Below are positions 38,741 to 47,126 of a stretch of DNA of 64,000 nt, one piece after another. Position numbers and translations under genes: made by a program. Below the pieces are notes generated by a model. The model was given only the letters and a program-made list of their open reading frames with translations, had not been told where the DNA came from and searched no databases. The stretch is from a virus: the IMG/VR virus record IMGVR_UViG_3300045988_042533, positions 1 to 64,000 of that record, one strand, 5' to 3'. Position 1 is the first letter of the stretch; each line of letters begins with the position of its first letter.

Positions 38741-38756
38741 AGCTCCCCCGTAGAAG
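38741..38756 (+). repeat. GC-box copy J (AGCTCCCCCGTAGAAG)
   Basis: Intergenic, 37 nt upstream (in the minus-strand sense) of the ATG at 38704. Confidence 0.9.
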
Positions 38757-39076
38757 GAATGTATGACATGTTACCTTATTATACCTTACTTGCGAACATC
38801 AACATTGTCTACATGAGGAGGATTAAATATATAACAACCATTATTATATCTAGCAACAGTAAATGCTTACCTAAATCAAACTTATCTACCTTTTAAATTA
38901 TACTTATATTATATCTACTAACCTGACTATAACTTTGATTACTGCCTTCAGTTTAATCCTACAACAACAATAAATCCTATCACCAAAAGTTATCCAAAAA
39001 TATATTTATTTATTATCTCTATTGTTATCATCATTGTTATCATAAACATCAGACATATTACATATTCAATCACTTG

Positions 39077-39084
39077 CAAATATA
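39077..39084 (-). promoter_or_regulatory. candidate -7 promoter box TATATTTG(CA)
   Basis: The minus strand reads TATATTTGCA, just downstream of the terminator at 39233-39273. It would give a leader of about 365 nt before the ATG at 38704. Confidence 0.35.
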
Positions 39085-39133
39085 GACTTTTATGACATCA
39101 AACCAAAATCCTAATACTCTGATATATACGTCT

Positions 39134-39145
39134 GTGTGCGCACAC
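39134..39145. repeat. perfect 12-bp palindrome GTGTGCGCACAC
   Basis: Read directly. It lies in a locally GC-richer non-coding island (about 39100-39232). Confidence 0.9.
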
Positions 39146-39232
39146 AAATCGCTTAATTAGCCTGCTGCTATTTGTTAATCGTCTAACATATAACAAGTTA
39201 TCAGACAAGCCGATATGCAGTCGAAATTATTA

Positions 39233-39273
39233 TAAACAAAAACTCCTAGCAACAGTAGAACCATTACTAGGAG
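39233..39273 (-). terminator. rho-independent terminator after the 714-aa fibre gene
   Basis: CTCCTAG (39243-39249) pairs with CTAGGAG (39267-39273). The minus strand then reads TTTTTGTTTAT. Confidence 0.6.
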
Positions 39274-39303
39274 AAACAATTTATATAAACCAATGAAAAA
39301 AGT

Positions 39304-41448
39304 TTATTGAGGAGTATCAGCTTCCATATAACCTTTAGCTTTCAAATCAGCAAGCAAATCATTAAACTTAGTTACAACTTCTTCTGCTGTAGCAGCTGTT
39401 GTAATATTAACAAGCTTAGGTAGTTGGTCTGCTTTTAACTTACCACCAACAAGGTCTGCTTTAGTACTGATATTAGGTATTTCAGTCTTCTTAGCATAAG
39501 CATCCAATGATTGGTGAGCTGTAAGATAACCCTTATTATCTATTTCAGTTTTAGTATAATAGTTATCTTTCTCACTAGTCCAAACAGGGTCTGTTTCAGT
39601 ATATGAAGTTATAAAATTAGCATCATTGGTAAGTTGCGATACTTTGGTTGGAATAGCAGATGTATCAGCTTTTTCATTAATTATTTGCTGAACACTTTTA
39701 ATATCAGGATTAAGAGTTTCACTATCTCCACTCTTTACTACAAGATTAGTTCCATCATAACCACCGAAACCTTTAAGATAAAGACCATAATTGTCTCTAT
39801 CCATATCAATACCATTCACTCCATCAAAACCAACACCAAAGATTGATTTAGTATTTGATATATTTTTACCAAGAGATATAGCATAATTTCCACCAGTAGT
39901 TGAATAAGCACCTAAAGCTAAAGAAGATTTAAAATTTGCTGTTGCCATATAACCAATAGCTACAGGATTATCACCTTTAACTCTTATACCATCTCCAATA
40001 GCAACAGAGTAATAACCTGCTGACGATTTAATATCATTTCCAATAGTTACACATAGAGTATTTGGAAATATATCATTTCCTAATGCTATATAATCACTAG
40101 CACCAGAAAATATTGAGTTTCCTATTGCTATAGAATTAGTTGCCGTGTCATCAATTGTTATTTTACTTCCTATTGCAATACCATTATCATTAGATGCTAT
40201 TGTATTACATCCTATTGCTATAGAAGCATTTCCAATTGCTGATGCTTCATATCCTACAGATGTAGAAAACCTTGAATATGATTCTGTGTTTATGCCTATT
40301 GCAATAGAATTATTTTGACTTGCTTTTGAATTATATCCTATTGCAATAGAATTATCTCCTTTTGCTTCTGAATTATATCCTATCGCTGTAGAATAAACTC
40401 CTCCAAGCATCCAATTACCTAGAGTATTAGGATAACTAGAATAATATAATTCATGTGTCAAATCTAATAATTCTTCCGTATTAAAACCATTATAAGTACC
40501 TATACAGTATGTCTCAATAACTTCTATCCATTTGTTATCAGTTGCATCATATATATATTGAGGAGTTTCATCATCTTCAAGATTGTCATCAACTTCTACA
40601 TAAGGAAGATTTACAAAAACATTACTTTCTTCAATATTAAGTTGAGTAAGATTATCAACAATACCAGTTTTTTCATTATCAAGATAAAATATGTGAGTTA
40701 AATAAAGAGGTTCAGATGTTCTAAAAAAGTCACCACTTCTATCTAGTTCAATTTCTTCACCAAGTTCTGCAATCTTAATACTTTTATTAAGATTTTTATC
40801 ATATATATACTGTGCTTTATCAGGTATTAAATCTCCTCCACTCAAATCAGCATAAACATATTCTTCGTTATTATTTAATTGTAAAATATTAGATTCTATA
40901 ACAGGATTTTTATATGGAGCTGCTACTTCACCTGCATCTCCTAATTTAAAACAATAGTTTCGTAAATTATCTAAACGATTATCTACATCTATTATATCAG
41001 CTTTAGTATCAAGTTTTGCTTCTATATAACTTAAATCAACTTCAGGTTTAAATTCACCAACTTTCTCCCAAACACCTTCAACATAAAGATATTCAAGATA
41101 AACATTATCACCTTGACCATCTTGATTAGGAACAAGATAAATCTTATTAGATTTAATATCAGCAGTAGGAAGTTCTCTAACTATTAAGAACAATGTAGTA
41201 TCTATATTACCAAGTTGTTCAATAGGAACACTACCATTAGAATCAAGACTAGCAACACCATTAGCTTTACCAACAGTGTCCTTAGTCAGCATACTCTCTA
41301 CAACTTTAGAAATGTCAGATTTAACTGAATCAAACTCTTCTTTAGTAATAGAACATAAATCACTGAAAGCTTTATAAATAGTATTACGTTTAGCATTACT
41401 TATAGCAATACTACTAATAGCTTTTCTAAGGTCAATTTTGTTAATCAT
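39304..41448 (-). CDS. tail fibre/spike protein with YadA-head-like SIAIG repeats
   Basis: 714 aa. Its N-terminal KIYLVP...YLEYLY...WEKVGEF module is shared with the 371-aa fibre. The central run AIGYNSEAKGDNSIAIGYNSKASQNNSIAIGINTES...ASIAIGCNTIASNDNGIAIGS resembles trimeric-adhesin head repeats. Confidence 0.8.
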   Translation of the reverse strand: MINKIDLRKAISSIAISNAKRNTIYKAFSDLCSITKEEFDSVKSDISKVVESMLTKDTVGKANGVASLDSNGSVPIEQLGNIDTTLFLIVRELPTADIKSNKIYLVPNQDGQGDNVYLEYLYVEGVWEKVGEFKPEVDLSYIEAKLDTKADIIDVDNRLDNLRNYCFKLGDAGEVAAPYKNPVIESNILQLNNNEEYVYADLSGGDLIPDKAQYIYDKNLNKSIKIAELGEEIELDRSGDFFRTSEPLYLTHIFYLDNEKTGIVDNLTQLNIEESNVFVNLPYVEVDDNLEDDETPQYIYDATDNKWIEVIETYCIGTYNGFNTEELLDLTHELYYSSYPNTLGNWMLGGVYSTAIGYNSEAKGDNSIAIGYNSKASQNNSIAIGINTESYSRFSTSVGYEASAIGNASIAIGCNTIASNDNGIAIGSKITIDDTATNSIAIGNSIFSGASDYIALGNDIFPNTLCVTIGNDIKSSAGYYSVAIGDGIRVKGDNPVAIGYMATANFKSSLALGAYSTTGGNYAISLGKNISNTKSIFGVGFDGVNGIDMDRDNYGLYLKGFGGYDGTNLVVKSGDSETLNPDIKSVQQIINEKADTSAIPTKVSQLTNDANFITSYTETDPVWTSEKDNYYTKTEIDNKGYLTAHQSLDAYAKKTEIPNISTKADLVGGKLKADQLPKLVNITTAATAEEVVTKFNDLLADLKAKGYMEADTPQ

Positions 41449-41454
41449 AAAAGT

Positions 41455-41775
41455 TTAATTTAATAGTTTATCAATTTGTTTATAATCCCAACCTAACTTA
41501 TTAGCAATAGGTTTAAATATCCAACTCCAACTAACAGGTGCTAATATAGCAGAGTTGACTAGAACTTTAATATCAGTTCCAAGAAAATAATAAATAGCAG
41601 CTATAACTATTATAGAAAATAGTAGAACTATCCTTTTAATAGGAACAACTACATTACCACCTGCAACTTTAATCATAAAGTTTATTATAAGATAAGTCAT
41701 AATGTTTACTATAACACAATAAGTAAAATCAAATTGACTTATTAAAGCATTAATTACATTGTTTATAACATCCAT
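41455..41775 (-). CDS. small membrane protein (about 3 TM segments)
   Basis: 106 aa with three hydrophobic stretches. Holin-like in size and topology, but unproven. Confidence 0.6.
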   Translation of the reverse strand: MDVINNVINALISQFDFTYCVIVNIMTYLIINFMIKVAGGNVVVPIKRIVLLFSIIVIAAIYYFLGTDIKVLVNSAILAPVSWSWIFKPIANKLGWDYKQIDKLLN

Positions 41776-41993
41776 AGTTTTATTAAGTTTATATTAATAA
41801 TAGTTCCAATAGTAATAATAACACTATATCGAATAACATCTTCAATTTCAAATTTAACTAGTCTATAATGTTTCCATTGATAATATTCTCTAGCAATCAT
41901 TATAACTTCAGCTATAATTCCAATTATAATAGAAGTTATAAGCCAACCTCCAATACCAATATAATCTCTAGTGTTAAGTTTAAATAAATTCAT
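41763..41993 (-). CDS. small membrane protein (2 TM segments)
   Basis: 76 aa with hydrophobic segments GIGGWLITSIIIGIIAEVIMI and VIITIGTIININLI. Confidence 0.55.
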   Translation of the reverse strand: MNLFKLNTRDYIGIGGWLITSIIIGIIAEVIMIAREYYQWKHYRLVKFEIEDVIRYSVIITIGTIININLIKLWML

Positions 41994-42145
41994 AACATCA
42001 ATATTAAGTTTATTATAAATAAAAATAGTAGTACTACAAGTATAATGTTGTGTAATACTACTATTCTAATCAATTACTAACCACAAAACATTTTAAGCAT
42101 TTCTGAGAGCATTTTATTTATTTACCTTTACTCTTTACCATACGG

Positions 42146-42153
42146 CAAATTTA
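42146..42153 (-). promoter_or_regulatory. candidate -7 promoter box TAAATTTG(CC)
   Basis: TAnnTTTG on the minus strand, in the 247-nt gap upstream of the ATG at 41993. Confidence 0.3.
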
Positions 42154-42240
42154 AAGCTTTCAGAGCTAATCTGTGAACCTCACAGAGGTTAAATTTCAAT
42201 GATTTCAGGCAATCATAATAAACTTACTACTCTTAGAAAA

Positions 42241-42645
42241 TCACTTAAACTTATACCAATTAATTGGAACTCCTTTACGACAAGTATCAGCATACCAACG
42301 ATTAAATGCTATACCATCATAACCATCAACATCATCAAGAACATCTTTTATATATTGAGCGAGATAATTTTCGTTAGGAACACTTTTACCTAGATAATCA
42401 GCTTTACACATATTAGCTACAAATACTTTATCATAAAGGACATCGTTATCTAGATGTATATTATATGCTCTAAGAATACTATCAACTTGCTCTTCTGTGT
42501 ATGGAGTAATTTTACCATTATCATCTTCCATTTGACCAACAGCAAAATCACAAAGATGTTTATTAAAATGACGACCGTTATATTTAAGATATTCAATCAT
42601 ATCTTCAGGAAGTTCATCATAAATATCAAGACTATCTTTATACAT
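42241..42645 (-). CDS. hypothetical protein (134 aa)
   Basis: ORF preceded by a gene-start box with a 6-nt spacer and by GC-box copy K. Confidence 0.7.
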   Translation of the reverse strand: MYKDSLDIYDELPEDMIEYLKYNGRHFNKHLCDFAVGQMEDDNGKITPYTEEQVDSILRAYNIHLDNDVLYDKVFVANMCKADYLGKSVPNENYLAQYIKDVLDDVDGYDGIAFNRWYADTCRKGVPINWYKFK

Positions 42646-42651
42646 AACACA

Positions 42652-42663
42652 ATTAGTTTAAAG
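42652..42663 (-). promoter_or_regulatory. gene-start box (minus strand CTTTAAACTAAT, 6 nt before ATG 42645)
   Basis: 11 of 12 identical to the other boxes. The surrounding 24 nt (42651-42674) match 38710-38733 at 23 of 24 positions. Confidence 0.5.
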
Positions 42664-42675
42664 ATTAATACTAGT

Positions 42676-42749
42676 ACCCCCGTAGAAGTATGTTAGATGT
42701 AGATAAGCTACTAGTAGCATTAGCTTCATAACATCTCTTCTACGGGGGT
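42676..42749. repeat. 74-nt intergenic inverted repeat built from two opposed GC-box copies (K and L)
   Basis: ACCCCCGTAGAAG (42676-42688) and CTTCTACGGGGGT (42737-42749) are perfect complements. Inner pairs are AGATGT/ACATCT and AAGCTA/TAGCTT. Confidence 0.9.
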
Positions 42750-42755
42750 GTTGGT

Positions 42756-42989
42756 TTATCTATAACGACCCATTCTTCTAGGCTCTCTATCATCATCATA
42801 ATCATCACGACGACTTCTATAGTCTCTATCGTCATAATCATAATCTCTCATTCTACCTCTGGAAGTATCTTCTCTAGCTTCTGTAGCAGCTATACATTCT
42901 TCTAGTTCTTCCATATCTTCTTTCATTCTTCTAAGTTTATCTCTCATTTGAGATATACTTTTATGTCCTGTCTGTACCATAATCATCAT
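42756..42989 (-). CDS. small Arg/Asp-rich protein (77 aa)
   Basis: N-terminal coiled-coil-like segment, then the tail RMRDYDYDDRDYRSRRDDYDDDREPRRMGRYR. Confidence 0.55.
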   Translation of the reverse strand: MMIMVQTGHKSISQMRDKLRRMKEDMEELEECIAATEAREDTSRGRMRDYDYDDRDYRSRRDDYDDDREPRRMGRYR

Positions 42990-42990
42990 A

Positions 42991-43476
42991 TTAGTTTAGT
43001 TTATTAGTGTTACTTACTATATCAAGTATCTTATCTAGTTTAGATTCAACACCTGACACCTTATCTTTAAGTGAAGCTATCTCTTCATCCCTAGCTTTAT
43101 CTTTAGCATAATTAGTATCAATAGATTTAAGAATACTTTCAGCTTGTTCAGCTTCAGATTTAATATCTTCAATATGTTCTAAAGTATAATTAGCTTTATG
43201 AAGTATAGATTCAACTTCTGCTTGAATTTGTTGTTTAGTCTCAGCAATTATAGTTTTACCACCTTTATATGTAACTATAGAACTATTGCTAGGTATGTTA
43301 TTAAAATCAGTTGTTACATCACCAACTTTAACTTTGATGTTCATAACCATTTGATTAGTTCCATCTGTAGCAAACTGAGGAATTGTAGTACCAACAACTT
43401 CTCCAATACTATATTTTAGTTTATCAGTCTTATCTAGAATATAAACAAGACTACCTTGATTAAAAGCTGAAAACAT
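42991..43476 (-). CDS. hypothetical protein (161 aa)
   Basis: ORF tightly packed with its neighbours, with a C-terminal coiled-coil-like region. Confidence 0.7.
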   Translation of the reverse strand: MFSAFNQGSLVYILDKTDKLKYSIGEVVGTTIPQFATDGTNQMVMNIKVKVGDVTTDFNNIPSNSSIVTYKGGKTIIAETKQQIQAEVESILHKANYTLEHIEDIKSEAEQAESILKSIDTNYAKDKARDEEIASLKDKVSGVESKLDKILDIVSNTNKLN

Positions 43477-43793
43477 TATACTATAAGTTGAAGTTTATTA
43501 TTCTGTTTATCAAATACTACTATATGTAGTCCTTCAGTAAGAGAGGTAAGAGCAGCTCCACTAGAATTAAGTAAAGGAAGACTTACATTATTAACCATAA
43601 TCTCAAAGCCTGTCGCAGTAGTTGTAGCAGCATTGAAATTAATTACCATTATACCTGCAACGCCCATAGCTCTGAAAGTATGATTAGGCATACTAAAAAC
43701 AGCATTAGCAGTTGCACTGCCAGCAGTCGTTTGAGTAGCTGCTACAAGTGGTATACCTCCACGATTACCAATGTATTCATTATATATTGCCAT
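43476..43793 (-). CDS. hypothetical protein (105 aa)
   Basis: A/T/G-rich ORF with visibly higher G+C than its surroundings. It overlaps the next gene by 1 nt. Confidence 0.7.
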   Translation of the reverse strand: MAIYNEYIGNRGGIPLVAATQTTAGSATANAVFSMPNHTFRAMGVAGIMVINFNAATTTATGFEIMVNNVSLPLLNSSGAALTSLTEGLHIVVFDKQNNKLQLIV

Positions 43794-43808
43794 AACTTTA
43801 CCTCCTAT

Positions 43809-44780
43809 TTAATTCCAAAATCCATTTAAACCATTACCATAAGTTCCATAACCATAATAGCCCATTTGAGCAGCTACACAATTAGGAACAGCAACAAAAG
43901 GTTGATAAGGTGTAGTAACTGTGCTAGGTTGAGCGCATTTGATTTCATTAACTTCTTTCTGAATACCAGCTAAAGCTCCACTTAAAGGATTAACAGCAGC
44001 AGCTATCTGTTGACCAAATACAGCAGTCTGATGTTCAGTAGTAAGCTGAGTTTGAAGAGCATTAATCTTATCCTGCATTGCAGACTTCTCAGCAGCATCA
44101 AGTTTAGCTATAACTCTATCTCCTACTACATCAACAGCTTTTTCTAGATTACAAGTTTGGTCTCTAAGAGCATAACCCATATCAGAAAATCCTCTTGTAA
44201 CAGCACTACCAACACCATTCACAGATTCCTTAATAGTATCTGTTTGCTGAATAGTTAATATTTGGTTTTGATGATTACCATCACTTATAGCAGTTTTAAG
44301 ATTGCAGCAACATGTTGCAAGTTGACTAGAAAGAGTCATTGTATTCTGAGTACCTGCATTAAGAAGAGCACCTGTTGAAGAATCAATCTTACAACCAACT
44401 TGAGTGACAGCAGTGTTAACTTGATTAATAGCAGTCTGAATCATATTAGTAGAAGTATTGAACATAGAAGCAAGAGATTGAATTGCATTACCATTATTGT
44501 TAATTGCTTGCATAAGCAAATCTCTACCATCATTGTTATTAACAAGATTAGCAAGTGGACCTAGACCACTACATCCGTTGCCATTTCCACCAAGATTACC
44601 AAACAGACCACCATTACGCATAAGAGGATAAAGGAAGAACAGAAAGATAACCCAAATCCAACTACCATTACCAAATCCACCACCATTGTTCATAAGAGCC
44701 ATAAGTGTAGCTAAATCACTAGTTGAAGAGTTTCCTTTAGAATTACTATCAGGAAACATGAAAACTTTAGAATCGTCCAT
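43809..44780 (-). CDS. Gly/Asn-rich membrane-anchored protein (323 aa)
   Basis: N-terminal G/N-rich region with the TM-like stretch WIWVIFLFFLYPLM, several Cys, and a C-terminal YGYGTYGNGLNGFWN. Confidence 0.7.
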   Translation of the reverse strand: MDDSKVFMFPDSNSKGNSSTSDLATLMALMNNGGGFGNGSWIWVIFLFFLYPLMRNGGLFGNLGGNGNGCSGLGPLANLVNNNDGRDLLMQAINNNGNAIQSLASMFNTSTNMIQTAINQVNTAVTQVGCKIDSSTGALLNAGTQNTMTLSSQLATCCCNLKTAISDGNHQNQILTIQQTDTIKESVNGVGSAVTRGFSDMGYALRDQTCNLEKAVDVVGDRVIAKLDAAEKSAMQDKINALQTQLTTEHQTAVFGQQIAAAVNPLSGALAGIQKEVNEIKCAQPSTVTTPYQPFVAVPNCVAAQMGYYGYGTYGNGLNGFWN

Positions 44781-44838
44781 AAGTCTTAATTTAATTTAGT
44801 TAATAATGTTACTTGTACTTGCTAGCATTTGTACACTG

Positions 44839-44846
44839 CAAATATA
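44839..44846 (-). promoter_or_regulatory. candidate -7 promoter box TATATTTG(CA)
   Basis: The minus strand reads TATATTTGCA, 59 nt upstream of the ATG at 44780, in a 181-nt gap. Confidence 0.4.
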
Positions 44847-44961
44847 AGAAGGATGATTTATAGCTACAAAAAATGGACAACCAAGTTATTACTTAATTGT
44901 CCATTTATTACTATGTTTATTATGAGCAAACTTATAAATATAATTGTTTCTTATTTATTAA

Positions 44962-45300
44962 TTAAATACACATAGGTTCAACGTCTTTATTAAGTAAAGT
45001 AGCTTGTGCTGTAGCTAGTCTATAAACTCTAGATGTAGATATATAATCATAAGCTAGTTTTCTAAGATGTCTTATAGAACCAACATTTCTATTTAGAATT
45101 TGAGCTATAGTAGTAACACTGAAACCTGCATGTATCATTTGTTCAACAACCATAGCCCTAGACATTACTATGTTTTCTTCACGAGATTTACCAAGAATAT
45201 CCTCTCTACTTATACTTAGAGTTCCATTAGGAAGTTCAACAGCACAACATTTAACAACGTTGTCTATAACCCTATATATTTCTTTCTCTTTATCATTCAT
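44962..45300 (-). CDS. DnaA-domain-IV-like helix-turn-helix protein (putative regulator)
   Basis: 112 aa. The segment REDILGKSREENIVMSRAMVVEQMIHAGFSVTTIAQILNRNVGSIRHLRKL follows the Bac_DnaA_C pattern (K-x-R...iv-x-R...S-x-x-x-I...h-x-x-rk). Confidence 0.45.
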   Translation of the reverse strand: MNDKEKEIYRVIDNVVKCCAVELPNGTLSISREDILGKSREENIVMSRAMVVEQMIHAGFSVTTIAQILNRNVGSIRHLRKLAYDYISTSRVYRLATAQATLLNKDVEPMCI

Positions 45301-45306
45301 AATATT

Positions 45307-45318
45307 ATTAGTTTAAAT
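45307..45318 (-). promoter_or_regulatory. gene-start box (ATTTAAACTAAT, 6 nt before ATG 45300)
   Basis: Perfect 12-mer between the stop of the 117-aa ORF and the start of the 112-aa ORF. Confidence 0.5.
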
Positions 45319-45321
45319 TAA

Positions 45322-45675
45322 TTACCAATCTACTAATATAGACTTTTGAACAAAGGAAACTGGAGTCCATATTTCCCAAGGTTTGGGATAAGCATTAGGA
45401 GTATAATTATAAGTACCATAACTATATTTACGGTTACTATTAGAAACAGCAGTATAAACTTGGTTTTCACTATCTTCGTAAGGAAGTAACAACCATTGCC
45501 TATGTTTACCTACAATATCACCTTTATATATATTCTGAATAACATCATTTGGTATAACAAAAGGAGTATCAGTATACCATTTACTTTGTGGTACTTCAAC
45601 ATATTTCTTTTGATAAAGTTTATCAATATGCTGTTTAAATAAATTAAGACCTTTAATATCCAAAAATCCACTCAT
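45322..45675 (-). CDS. small fibre-associated protein (117 aa)
   Basis: Its N-terminus MSGFLDIKGLNLFKQHIDKLY shares the LD-x-x-GL...L motif with the 287-aa and 371-aa fibre proteins. Confidence 0.65.
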   Translation of the reverse strand: MSGFLDIKGLNLFKQHIDKLYQKKYVEVPQSKWYTDTPFVIPNDVIQNIYKGDIVGKHRQWLLLPYEDSENQVYTAVSNSNRKYSYGTYNYTPNAYPKPWEIWTPVSFVQKSILVDW

Positions 45676-45688
45676 AATATCAATTATT

Positions 45689-47098
45689 TTAAGTAAATAA
45701 TTTATCTATTTCACTCTTTGTTATACTTGTAATGTTATCAAGTTTTATTTTATAACCTTCTGTAAAGTCATTTGTACTTAAACCTTTACCAGTTACTTTA
45801 TCAACTTTACTACTAAGAGCTGCATATACACCTCCACTGCTTACAGCATTGATATCACCTTGAGCTACTTTACCAGTTATTGTAGTTTTATTAGCACCTT
45901 TTTCAATAGTATCAAGCTTATTCTTATCTGAACCCTTCATAAGTCCATAACTAGTATCGTTCATATCTGATGTAGCAAAAGGTATAACTACAGTACCATT
46001 ATTGTCTTCTAGTACACCATTCAAAGTAAGTTGAAAACCTCCATCGTTTGCTAAAGATAAACCACTTAATGAAAGTAGATGGATAGCTCTTCTTTCAGCA
46101 CCTGTTATTAAACCATCTTTCTGACCGGTATCATTGAGAATGTTATAAGTAGCTAAAGGAACATTAACATACGCTTGGCTACTAGTATTTAATGCTATAG
46201 GATAATTATGATTTGCATCATCTTGTTGGAATCCTGTCTTAATACCACCTAATACCTTGTCAGTAGCTGTTGGTAATGAATATTTAGTATCAGTATCTGT
46301 CCATGGTACATAAACATAAGCTTTGTTAGTACTATCTAATTGAACAGGATAATTCTTACCACTAGCTGAATATCCTAGTTTTATACCACCTAAGTTAGTT
46401 CCTGCTACTGGAAGACTATAATTATTAGCATGTTCTGCAATTCCATCAAGTTTTTTCTTGTCAGCAGTACTCATAATACCAGGCTTGGCTTGAGTTGCAG
46501 TGTAAATCTCAACAATACTCTTATTGTCATGCTTATCATTATCTCCAAAAGCAAGACCTATAAACTGCTGACCATCTGCACTTGTAGAGAAAGGTGTATC
46601 AGGACTAAATTCTAAGTTATCATAATTTGTCTTCAGTCCATTAAAAGTTGTAGTGTTTACTTTACTATTAAGGGCTGTATTTACAACATTGTTTTGTACA
46701 GGATTTACAGAACTTGAACTTAAAGAGCTATCAACTGTAGTTTTATTAGCTCCTTCTGCTATACCATTCAACTTTGTTTTATAGGCTTCTGTAAAGTCAT
46801 TTGTACTCAATCCCTTACCGCTTACCTTATCAACTTTATTATTTAAAGCTGCTGTTGTAGCGTAACCACTTAAATCAACATCACTACCAAGTTTAATCTT
46901 TCTCCATTTACCTGTAGTAGTATCTACACTATTACTCTTTGTTAACTGATAAAGAGTTCCTGCTACATTAGTAATAAAATGGTCTGGAAAATCATTTTCG
47001 CTAGCTGCTTTAAGACTAGCAACGTTAGCAAAGTAATCTCTTGCAAAGTTAAACTGCGGTGACTTTAAGTCAAAGTTTTGATTTATGATAAAACTCAT
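45689..47098 (-). CDS. tail fibre protein with GKGLSTNDFT repeats
   Basis: 469 aa. VDKVSGKGLSTNDFTEAYKTKLNGIAEGANKTT and VDKVTGKGLSTNDFTEGYKIKLDNI, plus DKKKLDGIAEHAN and DKNKLDTIEKGAN, form a common phage fibre repeat. The DNA repeat is at 45757-45809 and 46786-46838. Confidence 0.8.
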   Translation of the reverse strand: MSFIINQNFDLKSPQFNFARDYFANVASLKAASENDFPDHFITNVAGTLYQLTKSNSVDTTTGKWRKIKLGSDVDLSGYATTAALNNKVDKVSGKGLSTNDFTEAYKTKLNGIAEGANKTTVDSSLSSSSVNPVQNNVVNTALNSKVNTTTFNGLKTNYDNLEFSPDTPFSTSADGQQFIGLAFGDNDKHDNKSIVEIYTATQAKPGIMSTADKKKLDGIAEHANNYSLPVAGTNLGGIKLGYSASGKNYPVQLDSTNKAYVYVPWTDTDTKYSLPTATDKVLGGIKTGFQQDDANHNYPIALNTSSQAYVNVPLATYNILNDTGQKDGLITGAERRAIHLLSLSGLSLANDGGFQLTLNGVLEDNNGTVVIPFATSDMNDTSYGLMKGSDKNKLDTIEKGANKTTITGKVAQGDINAVSSGGVYAALSSKVDKVTGKGLSTNDFTEGYKIKLDNITSITKSEIDKLFT

Positions 47099-47126
47099 AT
47101 CTATCTATTTTATTAAGTTAAACATG

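Noticed and set aside
38666-38896. 76-aa plus-strand ORF at the start of the 530-nt gap
   Set aside because: It overlaps the start of the 225-aa gene on the opposite strand, and it runs against the uniform minus-strand polarity. Its translation is low complexity.
39159-39167. 9-mer AGCCTGCTG shared (as reverse complement) with 56757-56765, in the two GC-richer non-coding islands
   Set aside because: Similarity does not extend convincingly beyond 9 nt plus a nearby CTATTTG in a different arrangement. A single 9-mer match between two regions is within what chance can give.
44810-44819. 10-mer TACTTGTACT shared with 56673-56682 near two promoter-like boxes
   Set aside because: Its position relative to the -7 box differs: downstream in one case, about 65 nt upstream in the other. 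So no consistent regulatory geometry exists, and there are only two copies.
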